From a virus (lineage: Duplodnaviria > Caudoviricetes), in IMG/VR virus record IMGVR_UViG_3300044954_000337, positions 1,179 to 65,178 of that record: DNA of 64,000 nt; one strand, written 5' to 3'. Position numbers and translations under genes: made by a program. Position 1 is the stretch's first letter, and every line of letters begins with the position of its first letter. The notes under the pieces were generated by a model. The model was not told where the DNA came from, made no database searches, and was given only the letters and a program-made list of their open reading frames with translations. Below, in pieces: positions 47,128 through 58,200 of this stretch.

Positions 47128-47393
47128 GTATTCTCATTCAAAAATTCTTTTTCCTCTGGAGTGATTTCTCCCTCTGAGATGATTCTTTTTACTATATGGA
47201 AGTCACTTAGGTCCTGGGGGCGGACATAAAGACTTTTGTCAGTTTTTGCGTGGTCAATCACCATAAGGACTTTGCCAATTTCGTCAACAACCTGCCTTGC
47301 AGAAGTGTAACGATTGCTATGACTGTAGGCATCATCTTTTTTGATGTATTCCCAGGTTACTTCATATTCTATTCTTGTAATCAGGTCTTTCAT
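47124..47393 (-). CDS. hypothetical protein
   Basis: 89-aa ORF with GAGGA SD. Confidence 0.65.
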   Translation of the reverse strand: MKDLITRIEYEVTWEYIKKDDAYSHSNRYTSARQVVDEIGKVLMVIDHAKTDKSLYVRPQDLSDFHIVKRIISEGEITPEEKEFLNENT

Positions 47394-47423
47394 TTTAATT
47401 CCTCTTTAAAGAAAGAAGCAGCA

Positions 47424-48041
47424 TCATAAACCGGAACTTCCGAATCCTGCCTTACCTCTGTTGGTTTCTGTAACGCTGTTTGTTTCTTCCATGGAAATTT
47501 CGCCCATAGTTGCGACCTTGTAGACAACAAGCTGAGCTACACGCTCACCTTTTTTAAAGATGCGCGAGGTTCCGGGTGTCGGAGGATAGTCGCGATAGTT
47601 GAAGTTCAAGCAGTTTAGAACAACTCCAATTTCGCCTCTGTAAGTTGGATCAATTATTCCGCCAGTTGGAAATATACCAGATGCAGACAGCCCTGAACGT
47701 CCTTCAATTTTCATAAAGATTCGATTCCTGTCGCTATCTGTGGTTGGCATGTCGGCAAGTTGAATGTTGGTTTTAATTTTTACGGTTTGTCCAGACTTAA
47801 TTGAAAAGTCTTCGTCGCAATATAAGTCAAAACCAATATCCCCGTCTCTCATAGCCGTGGGAATCTTGGCGGTCTCAGACATTTTCTTGAACTTAATTCT
47901 AATAATCTTGTCCACGGTTGGGATCTTTGGATTTATCCAAGCCGGATCCTGAGTTTTATAGTCGGTTTTGGCTACTGGCTCATTTTCATCAAGTCGAATA
48001 GCCTCATTTGGGTCATGGTGTTTCATTTTTGCATTCCTCAA
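47424..48041 (-). CDS. dut: trimeric dUTPase
   Basis: GFDL, GRSGL, GIIDPTYRGEI, RVAQL, RGKAGFGSSG. Confidence 0.95.
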   Translation of the reverse strand: MRNAKMKHHDPNEAIRLDENEPVAKTDYKTQDPAWINPKIPTVDKIIRIKFKKMSETAKIPTAMRDGDIGFDLYCDEDFSIKSGQTVKIKTNIQLADMPTTDSDRNRIFMKIEGRSGLSASGIFPTGGIIDPTYRGEIGVVLNCLNFNYRDYPPTPGTSRIFKKGERVAQLVVYKVATMGEISMEETNSVTETNRGKAGFGSSGL

Positions 48042-48046
48042 ATATT

Positions 48047-49288
48047 TCAGGGTGTCTCTGCTGCGAGGTCGCCCGCAGACTTATTCAAAGCCCCAGCAGC
48101 CTGAACCTCTTCAACAGAATCAGAATTAACTCCCTTGAGAGTGGCATGTTCCTCTTGCATCGGCTTCATAACATAAGCCGTATCCATAAGGCCATCAAGA
48201 TATTTCTTGTACTGTGGGTTTTCCAGAATTTCATCGAAGGTTGACTTCTGGAACTTCTTTTCTATTGGAGCCTTGCCCTTTTCCTTGATTCTGAGAGTCT
48301 TCCAGGCAGACGTTCCCTCGACTTCTACGGTGGAGCCATCCTCAAGTGTAGCAGCACCATTCTTTTCACAATGCTCTCTCAGGAAGTCAAAAATATTTTC
48401 ATGCTCTTTAATTCCAACTCCGAAGTGGATTTGGAATGTACACTCCCTGAAAGGTCTTGCAACTTTATTTTTGATGGTCTTCGCCGTAACCTCGATACCA
48501 ATAACGTTTCCATCTTTCTCCAACTGCTTACCACCAGTTAGCTTTATTCTGGTGCTTGCAGAGTATGGAATAGCCATACCGCCAGAGGTAGTTGTGGGAT
48601 CGCCATACATGACACCAATTTTTGTGCGCTGCTGAGAAACGAGCATCAGCAAGACTTTCTGGTTTGCAATTACGTTTGCAATTTTTCTCATGCCCTTGGA
48701 AAGAACTCTGGCCTGTAGACCAATTGTATTCTGGTCGTAGTCACCCTCTAGCTCGGCCTTAGGAGAAGACTGAGACACAGAATCCCAAATAACGATGACA
48801 GGGACATCTTTTGTCATTGACCTTGCCTTGGTAATCGTACTCTCGATAACAGACAAGATTTCCTCTGTGCAAGCAGTTTGCACGAAAACAAACTTCTTCG
48901 AAATGTCAATGCCAAGGTCAGAAAGATTATCTATGTTCGTGGCATTTTCGGTGTCAACATAAACGACAATGCCACCCATTTGCTGCACCGACCTAGCGGC
49001 TGCAAAACATAGATGAGATTTACCGAGGCCGGGCTGAGCCTGGATTTCTACAATTCTTCCTTCTGCCCAACCGCCACCTCTTCTGTTGCCGATAATATAG
49101 TCAAGCTGCCTAGAGCCGGTGGAAATCCATCTTTTTATTTCAGTGGGCGCATCATCAGATGCAAGATTAAATGCAATATTTGAACCGTGGTCCTTGTTTA
49201 GTTGCCGAATAAGTTCCTGGGAGAAATCCTCCGTGGAATTGTTGTTTGAAGGTTTATTGGTAGGTGCTGTGGTTGTAGCTTTTGCCAT
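48047..49288 (-). CDS. recA: RecA/UvsX recombinase
   Basis: ISTGS, GRIVEI, GLGKS, DTE, WDSV, IGLQAR, IGVMYGDP.TTSGG, KNKVA.PF. Confidence 0.95.
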   Translation of the reverse strand: MAKATTTAPTNKPSNNNSTEDFSQELIRQLNKDHGSNIAFNLASDDAPTEIKRWISTGSRQLDYIIGNRRGGGWAEGRIVEIQAQPGLGKSHLCFAAARSVQQMGGIVVYVDTENATNIDNLSDLGIDISKKFVFVQTACTEEILSVIESTITKARSMTKDVPVIVIWDSVSQSSPKAELEGDYDQNTIGLQARVLSKGMRKIANVIANQKVLLMLVSQQRTKIGVMYGDPTTTSGGMAIPYSASTRIKLTGGKQLEKDGNVIGIEVTAKTIKNKVARPFRECTFQIHFGVGIKEHENIFDFLREHCEKNGAATLEDGSTVEVEGTSAWKTLRIKEKGKAPIEKKFQKSTFDEILENPQYKKYLDGLMDTAYVMKPMQEEHATLKGVNSDSVEEVQAAGALNKSAGDLAAETP

Positions 49289-49344
49289 AATTTTTTTCCT
49301 ATTTATAATTCTCAGGTTTTACAGAATAAGGGACTTCATATGAA

Positions 49345-49370
49345 TTTGGCTCCCTTTTACAGGAGCCAAA
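49345..49370. other. stem-loop between ssb and recA
   Basis: tttggctcc-cttttaca-ggagccaaa. Confidence 0.6.
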
Positions 49371-49439
49371 CTCAATACTTAGACTTCAATTTGTTGTTTT
49401 CAAAAGACGTGACTATAGCCTTTACTCAAAGTCTAAGTG

Positions 49440-50273
49440 TCACTCAAGATCCTTGAAAGCAGCGTCTACATCGGCTACTGCCTTTGCAGACTCATCGGAG
49501 GAACCAGCTTTTACAGAACCCTCTGAGGTTTCCGTAGAGGTAGCTTCGCCAGACTGAACAGCGAGGAAATTATCACGAATCTCAATCATTTCCTCTTCCG
49601 ACTTTATCTGAGCCTTGAAATAAGCCTCAAAATTTGGAACCTGCTTAAGCAGAGCCTCAACCTGTTCCTTCTTTGGAAGGAGCTTGGAGGATTTCCTGCG
49701 GGGCTGAAGCTTAATGTCCTTTACAGGGAAGTTGTTGAACATTTTATCGGTGGCAGATACCGTGACCGTGAAGTCATACCCGGAATCTATCGAAAACATA
49801 TCTTCCTCTGCGTAATCTGGATGTACAAGAATTCCATAGATATCCTTGCAGAGCTTTGGAGAAATCTCCCAAACCTGGAGACCTTTCTCTTCCTCGCCTC
49901 TTACAACGATTCCAGCGTAGTATCTCTCTCTTGGAGTAAGCTTTTTGCGGACGAGCCAAGCTTCCCTGGACTTGTCTTTTGCCAGTTCCATTGCAGCTTC
50001 CTTGAGCGGGTCTGCGGAACCAAACTGGCTCGGGGCTACAAATCTTTTGTCTCCGAGGTCTTTGTTGTCGTAGTAGGCAACCTCAAAGAAAGGCTGAGCA
50101 AGAGGATTTCCATTTCCATCGGTGAGCGGAACGAACCTTATGTCATAGGTTCCAATTCCGAACTTTGCCCAGTTTATTTTTGCCTTTGCGTCTGTTGACT
50201 TCTGATTTCCTGCAAGCGATGTTATTTTCTGTTTAATTGAATCAAGATTATATGCCATGTTACTATTTCTCAC
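49440..50273 (-). CDS. gp32-like single-stranded DNA-binding protein
   Basis: IRFVP, PF.E..Y, DP..E, RYY..IVVRGEE..G.QVW, GYDFTV, acidic tail DVDAAFKDLE; next to recA. Confidence 0.8.
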   Translation of the reverse strand: MRNSNMAYNLDSIKQKITSLAGNQKSTDAKAKINWAKFGIGTYDIRFVPLTDGNGNPLAQPFFEVAYYDNKDLGDKRFVAPSQFGSADPLKEAAMELAKDKSREAWLVRKKLTPRERYYAGIVVRGEEEKGLQVWEISPKLCKDIYGILVHPDYAEEDMFSIDSGYDFTVTVSATDKMFNNFPVKDIKLQPRRKSSKLLPKKEQVEALLKQVPNFEAYFKAQIKSEEEMIEIRDNFLAVQSGEATSTETSEGSVKAGSSDESAKAVADVDAAFKDLE

Positions 50274-50343
50274 TTTCTAAAAAAACCGGTATAAATTGTT
50301 TGACCGGACTATCATAAGTATGGAATACAAGACTATTCTTGTA

Positions 50344-50676
50344 TCACTTCTTTAAAGAATCTTTCTCGTCTAACATAATGAAATCATTAGGTTTTTTGTT
50401 GTCGAATTCCGGGGTTTTTGGGTGCAAATTGTAGTGTGTTTTCAACACGTTAATAGCACCTTCCATTCCATACAAAATTTTTGGAAGGTCTTCTCTGAGA
50501 AGAGTGCCAGCGTGAATCTGGTCTTGCAATCCCTGAAGACTAATGACAATGAGTCTGTCAAAGTCCTCGTCTGAATTTCTGTACTCCCAGACAGCAACTC
50601 CGGCTTTCTTATCATTGTCCGTTTGCTCTTTTTCTTTTTCTTTTACTTCTTCGGGTATATCAAATAGGTCAATCAT
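50344..50676 (-). CDS. hypothetical protein
   Basis: 110-aa ORF, ATGA-coupled. Confidence 0.65.
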   Translation of the reverse strand: MIDLFDIPEEVKEKEKEQTDNDKKAGVAVWEYRNSDEDFDRLIVISLQGLQDQIHAGTLLREDLPKILYGMEGAINVLKTHYNLHPKTPEFDNKKPNDFIMLDEKDSLKK

Positions 50677-51827
50677 AATTTCTTTCCTGTCATCCAGAAT
50701 GTTTGTTCTTGGATTTCCTTAACCCCCACAGAATTCAGGATACACAACTTAGGGATTAGATGTTCAACGTCTTTGTGAACGTCTAAAATAAGTGCATCAT
50801 GTAGAATAAAAATTGGAACTATGATATCAAAGGCTTTCTTGGTCTCAGAAAGTTTCTCAAGAATCTTTGCGAAGCCAAGGAGAGCAATATCCACAGCCGT
50901 TGACTGAACGTAATAGTTCAGAAGGGCGTGAGGCTTTCCATCCTCTGGTGTGAGGTGTCTGCCATAGAAGGTCCTTAGAAAAGTTCCTGAGGTTTTCTGG
51001 TAGCCTTGTAAAATGAACTGGCGGAGAGTGTCGATACCGAAGAAGTCATTGACCATCTCCACAACCTCATCCGGGTCTCTCACGTTATATTTTTCCAATG
51101 TTTCGATTATTGTGGACTTGGATTGTCCATAAAGTTGAGACAATACAATTTGTTTTATGGTTTCCCTTGATATCTCATTTGATAGTTTGAGGGTTTTTAA
51201 AGCCAGGGCATATATGTCCATTGGAAGAGGAGTTTTTTCCGAGGCCATTAGAATTTGCTTAATGGCCAGAGCTACTCTTGGCTCCAGAGAAACGTAGTCA
51301 AGGTACCAAATGTTTCCATTTTTTCCAAACCTGCTAGTAACAATATCTCTAAGTTTTTTTGGAAGCAGCAAAATATTTGGACCAGACTTTATTTTCATCC
51401 TTCCGGTAACGCTCTCACATAGGGAATACTCGGGGACAGGAAGAAAGCCGTATTTATCTGGTCGCCACTGACTCAGATGAACTTTATTTTCCTCGTTAAG
51501 GGAATATAGCTTTAGTTTTACCGCATCAACCTTCGCAGGTTTTAGATACTTGAAAACGGAACTAGTTTTTGTGTATATTTCCTCGTAATATTTTATGTCG
51601 GGTCCAATTTCATCTATGATTTTTTGTACTTTGTGCTCGTAATTGTCCTTAGCTTGCACAAAAGAGTGCTCAGGTAAAATGTTGTGCCATGGCACACTTG
51701 ACATGGGCATACCTGGCACAACCTGGCACATCATTTTTTGAAATGACTCCGGGGCTATGTTTGGAAGCTGTTTTCCAAACACTTTGCATATTTCTTCGAT
51801 GTTTTCTGGGATAGAGATAGTAGACAC
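50673..51827 (-). CDS. stand-alone family A DNA polymerase domain (short, divergent)
   Basis: VTGRM, LDYVSLEPRV (motif A), RETIKQIVLSQLYG (motif B), TFYGR, LNYYVQSTAVD, LHDALILD (motif C). Confidence 0.82.
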   Translation of the reverse strand: MSTISIPENIEEICKVFGKQLPNIAPESFQKMMCQVVPGMPMSSVPWHNILPEHSFVQAKDNYEHKVQKIIDEIGPDIKYYEEIYTKTSSVFKYLKPAKVDAVKLKLYSLNEENKVHLSQWRPDKYGFLPVPEYSLCESVTGRMKIKSGPNILLLPKKLRDIVTSRFGKNGNIWYLDYVSLEPRVALAIKQILMASEKTPLPMDIYALALKTLKLSNEISRETIKQIVLSQLYGQSKSTIIETLEKYNVRDPDEVVEMVNDFFGIDTLRQFILQGYQKTSGTFLRTFYGRHLTPEDGKPHALLNYYVQSTAVDIALLGFAKILEKLSETKKAFDIIVPIFILHDALILDVHKDVEHLIPKLCILNSVGVKEIQEQTFWMTGKKL

Positions 51828-51860
51828 TACTCTTCCAGCTTACACGATCAGAAAATCTTT

Positions 51861-54800
51861 TTATCCTGGAGGTGTGGCTCCTCCGGTGGCGGTAACAGTG
51901 GAGGTGGTTCCTCTGTTTTCCTCTCTGAGAGCAAGACCAGCATTACCTATACGCTCGATGAGGGCACGGTACGTACCATAGGCGTCAAGAGGAGCAAGTC
52001 TCACCTCAGTAGAGAAGTCCCCAGAAGAAATTCTGTGGGAAATTCCAACCACGCCATAAAGGTTGTCTACAGAAGTTCCAGTCTGGAAGTCAATAAAGAA
52101 CTGCTGAGCAAAGTCAATGAGCGGACAGCCAAAGGTGGTAAGATTTAACTCACATGGAATAATTTGAAGGGGTAAACCACCCGGTTGTTCCCCGTTTGGC
52201 TCAAGTTGTGTCGTCTGATAAGACCGGAGCATGTTTACGGTAGAAAGGGCTGCATCTTGGATGGATGTAAGATTTGCTTGTTTTATAGTTGTGCCTTGCG
52301 CCCCGTAAATAACATACGGCATTGTTCTTCTAAGGAATTCCTTTAGAACCGGAGTACCACCCCTAATTCTGTACATTTCCGAATCTGGTATTCTTTCAAG
52401 AAAGCCTGCACTTGAGGCAGCATCCAAAATTCTGTTGTATTCCTCTGTTTGTGACTCGGTTACTCCCTCGTCTCCACCTTCAATATGAGGATTGCCAGAA
52501 ATATTTCTTATTTCTTCCTCTCTGGCGGCTGCCATGAGAGCGCCTTGGGTTTCATAGGAGGTTGCTTGTCTGTCAAAAATATGTATTTTCAGAATGGTCT
52601 TCAGGTCCCCAGCATCAGCGGAGTCTCCTTCTCTGTTAATTCTCTGTGGGGAGGTCTCCAGATAAAAGTCAACCTGCGGCATTCTAAATGTGGCGTCTGG
52701 GGTAACATCCCGAAGAAGTCTTTCCAGGCTGCTTTGAAGTTCCACGGCATCCACAGTGGCTTCTGTGGTCACACCTCCGCCATCTACAGAAACTCTTCTA
52801 AAAAGAGGAGAGGCGCCTCTCGCGCTAGAAAATAACCCATAGGAGGGAGCAGCATTGTCATCTATAACGGTGGTGGCAATAAACTGCAAGAAATCCTGAA
52901 GATTCATGGTGGAAGACCGACTCAGGCTCTCAAGACGATTTCTAAGGAAATTCTCATAGAAATATCTCGTGTCAACAGAAAAGCTTCCGATATTTAGGGT
53001 TCTTGCAAATCCTGCTCCGTTATTAAACGGGTAAAAGACAAGCTGAATGTCGTCAAATCTTCCTGTCATCGCAAGAGGTTCGCCGACAAACAAAGCAATA
53101 AGTTTGGCTAGAGAAACTTCTTCTGGAACGTCTCTAAGTTCAGTTTCTATTCTTCTCTCTGTGGACGTATCTCTTGCACCTCTAGAATTTCTTCTTGCAG
53201 CCAATCTCGTACCATTTCTATCTGACGTTCTAGCAAATGGATCTTCCCCGGAAGCGAGTCTTCTCATTTTTCTTTGCACAGCATCCTGCACAGAACGCCT
53301 CAGGGCTCCTACAAGTCCACCACTGCCAGAAGTAGACCTAGAGCCGCTACCATCCTCATTGGCGCTCTCATAAAGCCTTGTGAGGGCATCAGACAACTCT
53401 CTTGCTGCCCCGCTTCCATCACTTCCAGAAGACCTTCTACGGAGCACATTTTGAAAATTCCTAAGATTGTCCTGCATGGATCTATCAAGAATTAGGTTAT
53501 TTCTTGCGTCCTCGGCGGCGTCCAAAATTTGTATGCCTCTGATTTCAGTAGAAGAAGCTCCGGCCTCAGTTCCAAAAATTCTTCTTCTGTACTCGCCAAT
53601 AGCTTCTGACAACTCTCTGATCTGCGAAAGAATTCTATTTATGTTTCCTGACTCATCCGTCGAAATAACTTCGGAAGATACGTCGGACCCTCCTCTCATG
53701 GCAAGGTCAAGAGTCACCTCCACAAGTCCTCCATCCTGAAATGTAAGGGAAGAGTTTATAATTCCATACTTTTCCCTACACCTCATAGCATTTATGAGTT
53801 CGGCGTAGTGGTTGGTTATGCCCTCTGAGGATATATTTGCTTCTGGGTGGTTCCACCCGTACTCAATAAGAAATTCGGTTCTGGCGTAAAGGTCTGGGCG
53901 GATAAATCCAGCAAGTTCTGAAAGTCTAGACCGATCGTGTACAGTAAAACTAAGTCTGGCTGTCTTAAACGACATAAGGCCGGTACTTGGAGCAACGTCC
54001 ACCTGAAGCTCCTTCAGAGTCATCAGAGGTTGAAACTTGTCTAAAATTGGATTTACTCTATCGGGATTGTTGAAAGTTTCATTGCCATTCACAAGAGTCT
54101 GTGGGGAGGTGAAAATTTCCATACCCGTGGAGGTATAAGTAGAATTTTGTTCGTTTGGTTCCTCCCCTTCTAAAAAGTCTGTATTAATAACCTTGTTAGC
54201 AAGGGCAAGAACTGACCTGGTACTTCTGGAATCTGGGTCTACTTGAACGTTTCCCTCTAGGAACCTGAACAAAGAAATGTTCTGGAGTCTGCCATTTTGA
54301 GAAATTGGACTTCCAGGAGTAAGAAGTTGAATATTAAGATAAGGCACTGCCCTAGCAAGTTCAAACGTTGGAATCCCATTTAGAAAGACGACAATCGCAT
54401 TTATATTTCTTGAACTTGGAGTAATTCTTATATTGTTTACCTTGATGACAGAAAGGTGTGGAGATATAGTTTTGTCAGGGTTGTTGGGATTACTGTTTAT
54501 GATGCTGTTTTCTAAAACCTGCGTCATGTCAATCGTAGTTGTAGCCCCGTCGAGAGTGGCTCCCTCTGGACCTACAATTTCCACAAAACGATTTACTCTA
54601 TCCCTAAGGGAACCACCTTCAGTTATTCCACCGGTTCCTGTTGCAGAGTCGCTACTTTCTGGAGAGGAAGTGGCAGTTGACATGATGTTGTTCATGTGCT
54701 CAACAAGGTCTCTTACCAAGTAACTTCCCTCCGAAGTGTCCACAAGGGCAGCAACGAGTTCTGTAATTTCTTGTGGAGGCGGGGGAAGGTCAAAATTTGC

Positions 54801-54938
54801 CACGGTGGAGTTGGCACCCGCTATACCTTGAATCTGCTCAAGAGCAATACGTCCAGCTAGGTCTCTTGCGGTATAAAGACCAAAAAACCTGGCTAGCCTG
54901 TTAGTGCTCGTGTAAAGTTTTTGTTGTTCGTTAGGCAC
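51861..54938 (-). CDS. putative baseplate hub-like tail protein
   Basis: IEYGW; C-terminal FGCPLI...FFIDF.TGT..DNLYGV.GISH.IS.GDFSTEV; position after TMP and LysM-like genes. Confidence 0.6.
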   Translation of the reverse strand: MPNEQQKLYTSTNRLARFFGLYTARDLAGRIALEQIQGIAGANSTVANFDLPPPPQEITELVAALVDTSEGSYLVRDLVEHMNNIMSTATSSPESSDSATGTGGITEGGSLRDRVNRFVEIVGPEGATLDGATTTIDMTQVLENSIINSNPNNPDKTISPHLSVIKVNNIRITPSSRNINAIVVFLNGIPTFELARAVPYLNIQLLTPGSPISQNGRLQNISLFRFLEGNVQVDPDSRSTRSVLALANKVINTDFLEGEEPNEQNSTYTSTGMEIFTSPQTLVNGNETFNNPDRVNPILDKFQPLMTLKELQVDVAPSTGLMSFKTARLSFTVHDRSRLSELAGFIRPDLYARTEFLIEYGWNHPEANISSEGITNHYAELINAMRCREKYGIINSSLTFQDGGLVEVTLDLAMRGGSDVSSEVISTDESGNINRILSQIRELSEAIGEYRRRIFGTEAGASSTEIRGIQILDAAEDARNNLILDRSMQDNLRNFQNVLRRRSSGSDGSGAARELSDALTRLYESANEDGSGSRSTSGSGGLVGALRRSVQDAVQRKMRRLASGEDPFARTSDRNGTRLAARRNSRGARDTSTERRIETELRDVPEEVSLAKLIALFVGEPLAMTGRFDDIQLVFYPFNNGAGFARTLNIGSFSVDTRYFYENFLRNRLESLSRSSTMNLQDFLQFIATTVIDDNAAPSYGLFSSARGASPLFRRVSVDGGGVTTEATVDAVELQSSLERLLRDVTPDATFRMPQVDFYLETSPQRINREGDSADAGDLKTILKIHIFDRQATSYETQGALMAAAREEEIRNISGNPHIEGGDEGVTESQTEEYNRILDAASSAGFLERIPDSEMYRIRGGTPVLKEFLRRTMPYVIYGAQGTTIKQANLTSIQDAALSTVNMLRSYQTTQLEPNGEQPGGLPLQIIPCELNLTTFGCPLIDFAQQFFIDFQTGTSVDNLYGVVGISHRISSGDFSTEVRLAPLDAYGTYRALIERIGNAGLALREENRGTTSTVTATGGATPPG

Positions 54939-54941
54939 AAA

Positions 54942-55232
54942 TTACCCTAGAAATTTAATTACGTCCTGAAGTTTTGGGATTTTTATTCTTGTCCCGGGAG
55001 GAGCCTGCAAGGCCCAGCCAATGTCTGAGGCAGCGGAGATAATCCAGAAAAGGCTAGAGTCACCATAAACCTGCCCTGCAAGAATATCGAGTCTTTCTGC
55101 CTCATCCAAGGTGGTTTCATCGAAGCGTATATTACCCACTGCAATATTATTGCGGATAATTGGAATTGCATAACTCGTTCCATAGCTAAAACCCATTCCG
55201 AGAACAGGTGTTCTGGCGTATCTACGTGTCAT
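54942..55232 (-). CDS. LysM/tail-X-like baseplate protein
   Basis: ERLDILAGQVYGDSSLFWIISAAS...PGTRIKIP. Confidence 0.8.
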   Translation of the reverse strand: MTRRYARTPVLGMGFSYGTSYAIPIIRNNIAVGNIRFDETTLDEAERLDILAGQVYGDSSLFWIISAASDIGWALQAPPGTRIKIPKLQDVIKFLG

Positions 55233-58200
55233 TATGCACGCTCCCTTCTAGAAGTTCTATTTGTTGTTATTTGCGTATTTGTCTTATAGTCCGTTTCTCT
55301 AGAATTGACTTCTGCTTGTGAATTTCTTGTGATCTGCTTCATGGTGCCACCAACATTGTAAATTGGTGCCGTGTTAAATCCATTGTGATCAAGACCTGGC
55401 TGTATATCGTGGATTGGATCAAATTGCATGGAAACTTTAATAAGTTTTGGTGCCCTGTTATTTATGCCAGAAGTCTCCCACGTAAAAGACTGATCTACTT
55501 CCATGTTCAGGGAACGAATAAACCCTGCAAGACCTCTACCTCTAACAGACTCGAAAGACTTGAAAATAGGATTTGCATCCTCGCCATCTGGCTTAAAGAA
55601 ATCCTGAATTGCCTGCCTTTCTCCATCTCTGTCGGCAGCCTCGTTAAGAGTTGGTTCTTCACCGGCTCTATTTTCCGCTTGTCTTACAATTTCTTCCGGT
55701 GGCATAGTAAGCCATGCTGCATTTGCTTTGAATGTACCAGAAGGATCTCCTGAAATAACAGAAGCCACAGATGGTTCTTCAATCCTGAAGTCAAAAAGAG
55801 ATGGAGGTTCTTCTTGGTTTGCGCTCGGTCCAAGAATAATAACATTTGCTTCGGTGGCAACCCTAAGACCATCGTCTTCGCTGGTAGATAGAACAGAATA
55901 ATATGGAAGAATATCTTCTCCATTAGGACTTAATTTTAATTTGTCTCCTTCTTCCCACCGTGCGGCTCTTGCTCTTTCGGAAATTTCGGTGGTAGCCTCT
56001 AGAAATCTCTCTCTTCTTTCGGCCGTTTGTGTTGCGAGTTCTCTGTCAGCCTCAGTCTCCAAAGAAAACTCTGGACTTGCTAGCCCAAACAATCTAGCAA
56101 GATCGAATCTGTTGTAGTTTGACTTAAAAATATCACCCAGTCTGAGACGAATAAGTGGTGAGGCTGCAGGAAGTTGAGAGAATGGCTGGGTAAAAGAGTC
56201 ATTTCCAAAAATAAGCGACCTACCCTGCGTATACTGCGGATAAAGAAGAGTTATGAGTTTGTTTATCTTTACCCACATGTCATCAAAGTCATCCGGGCCT
56301 GTTGCCACCACAGAAAATCCAAGACTAATACTTCTGTTGGTATTTTTATAGGTGAGAACTTTTCCTACTCTTCCATAACCTTCATTTTCGGTGTAGTCCA
56401 CCGTGTAGTTGTCAGAAATGTTATCCAGGAAAGCATGGAAAGAAATAATTTCATTTGTTCTGAGGTCGTGAAAATAAAATGGCAGGTAATCAGCCTCAAG
56501 GTAGTTCTCCATGCTTTGAACTTCCTCGGAGGAAAGACGACCAGTATCAGAATTTCTAAATCCTCTATTTGGCGTAAGGGTGCTGTATCTTCCAGTATCC
56601 CCATCGAATCTTTCACCAGCAAGCTTTATAACGCTTGGTAAAAGATACATGGATTTAACTGTGTTGCTTGCCCAGGCAAGCTTGTTGCCAAATTGGTCGC
56701 TTAGTCTATTTTTGGCATGTAGTACACCAAGTCGAGGAGAAACTTCTCCAAATGGTCCCTCGCCAACATCATTAATGTCGTCAATTCTAGAAGTAGCATT
56801 TTTTTCTGACAAAAATGCCGATTCTCCCATGAGGGCCATAATATTCATAAATTTCAAAATGACAGAACCGTTTATAGATTTGATATAATTTACTGCCGAC
56901 GGATTGCTATCAAACCCTAAACCGCTTGTCCCTCCGGCAAGATTTGGATCAACGTCATAAGCCCCTCGAACAACAGGAGGCGTTCCTGGCAAAAGATCAA
57001 TCAAAAGGTCGTTTGTATTTTTGACAAGATTTCTAAAAACCGTATTATACCATCCCGAGGACAATTGTAAATTTTCGTCATTTACAGAAGAAATTTGTGG
57101 TAGAGTTCTTGCACCAAAAAAAACTGCAATGCCTTTGTTCACGCATTCAAAATATGGATATTTCGTAACAACTAAATCAATGGCACTTGAATTTTTATAT
57201 GGTCTATAAATTGCAGTTTCATCTCTTTTGCCAAGATAATTTCCAAGTCTTAGTCTTCTTCCAGAAGAAATAGAACCACCGCTGCCAGGGTTTGTGGCAA
57301 CTCCATTTACCAAACTTCTTTCTTCGGTGATGGCATTTAAGGTTGTATATAATGCCCTTAGCATTCCCGTCACGGTAAGGGCTAATACTTGAGCACTCGC
57401 AACCGAGGAAATGGCAATTAGTCCAGAAAATGGTACGAGAGGGTTGTTTGCGTTTCCATGAGTTAAAATAGGATTTCCCTTAAGCTGCGAGTCCCTAAGC
57501 GGCTTTGCAAGAGTTGGCTCAAGATCATTTAGAATTTTTACGCCATCAAATCTTGTAACAGGAAATCTTTGTCCGAGTCTTGCCAAACCGGGATTGCCGG
57601 CCAATACGCTGGCACCCATAGCAAGAACCGGGTCATCGAGATCCGTAGGGACATTTATTTCTCCAGAGGCTTGCAAGAGCGTTGTAAGGCCAAAGTTTTT
57701 GAGTTTGTCGATAGGAATCGAAACGTAGTCCCCACCGTCCCCATCTGCTTTTTTCGGGAACTTCCCTGGCATGTGCTGTCCAAGTTTGGGCTGGACGATT
57801 AGGGAGCCGATGGAATTTCCTCTGCCCTCTTCCTGACCAGGAACAAAGGCAGGATTTGCTTCAGAGAATCTATTGTTCTGAAACATGATTGTCTGGATTC
57901 TCTGTGGGATTTCTGCCTCTCCCTTATTTTGGTCAATATCCCTGAAATATTCGTTTCCAGTTTTTTTATCGTCGTCGGACTTACCTTTTTTGATTTCAAA
58001 CTTAGTGTCTGTGTCAAGAAGCCCGGAGTCGCTCAGGGTTTCAAAAATAGACCTAGCTACCTGCCCTGAGTCTGTTTGGGCAACGTCATTCATGTAGGTA
58101 TTTACAGCATTTCTGTCCTGGTCATTTATTGGTGCAGGATTTCCCGTTTCTGTCTTTAGTTTAAAAAGCTCAGAACCTTCTTTTATAGGATATTCGTTTT

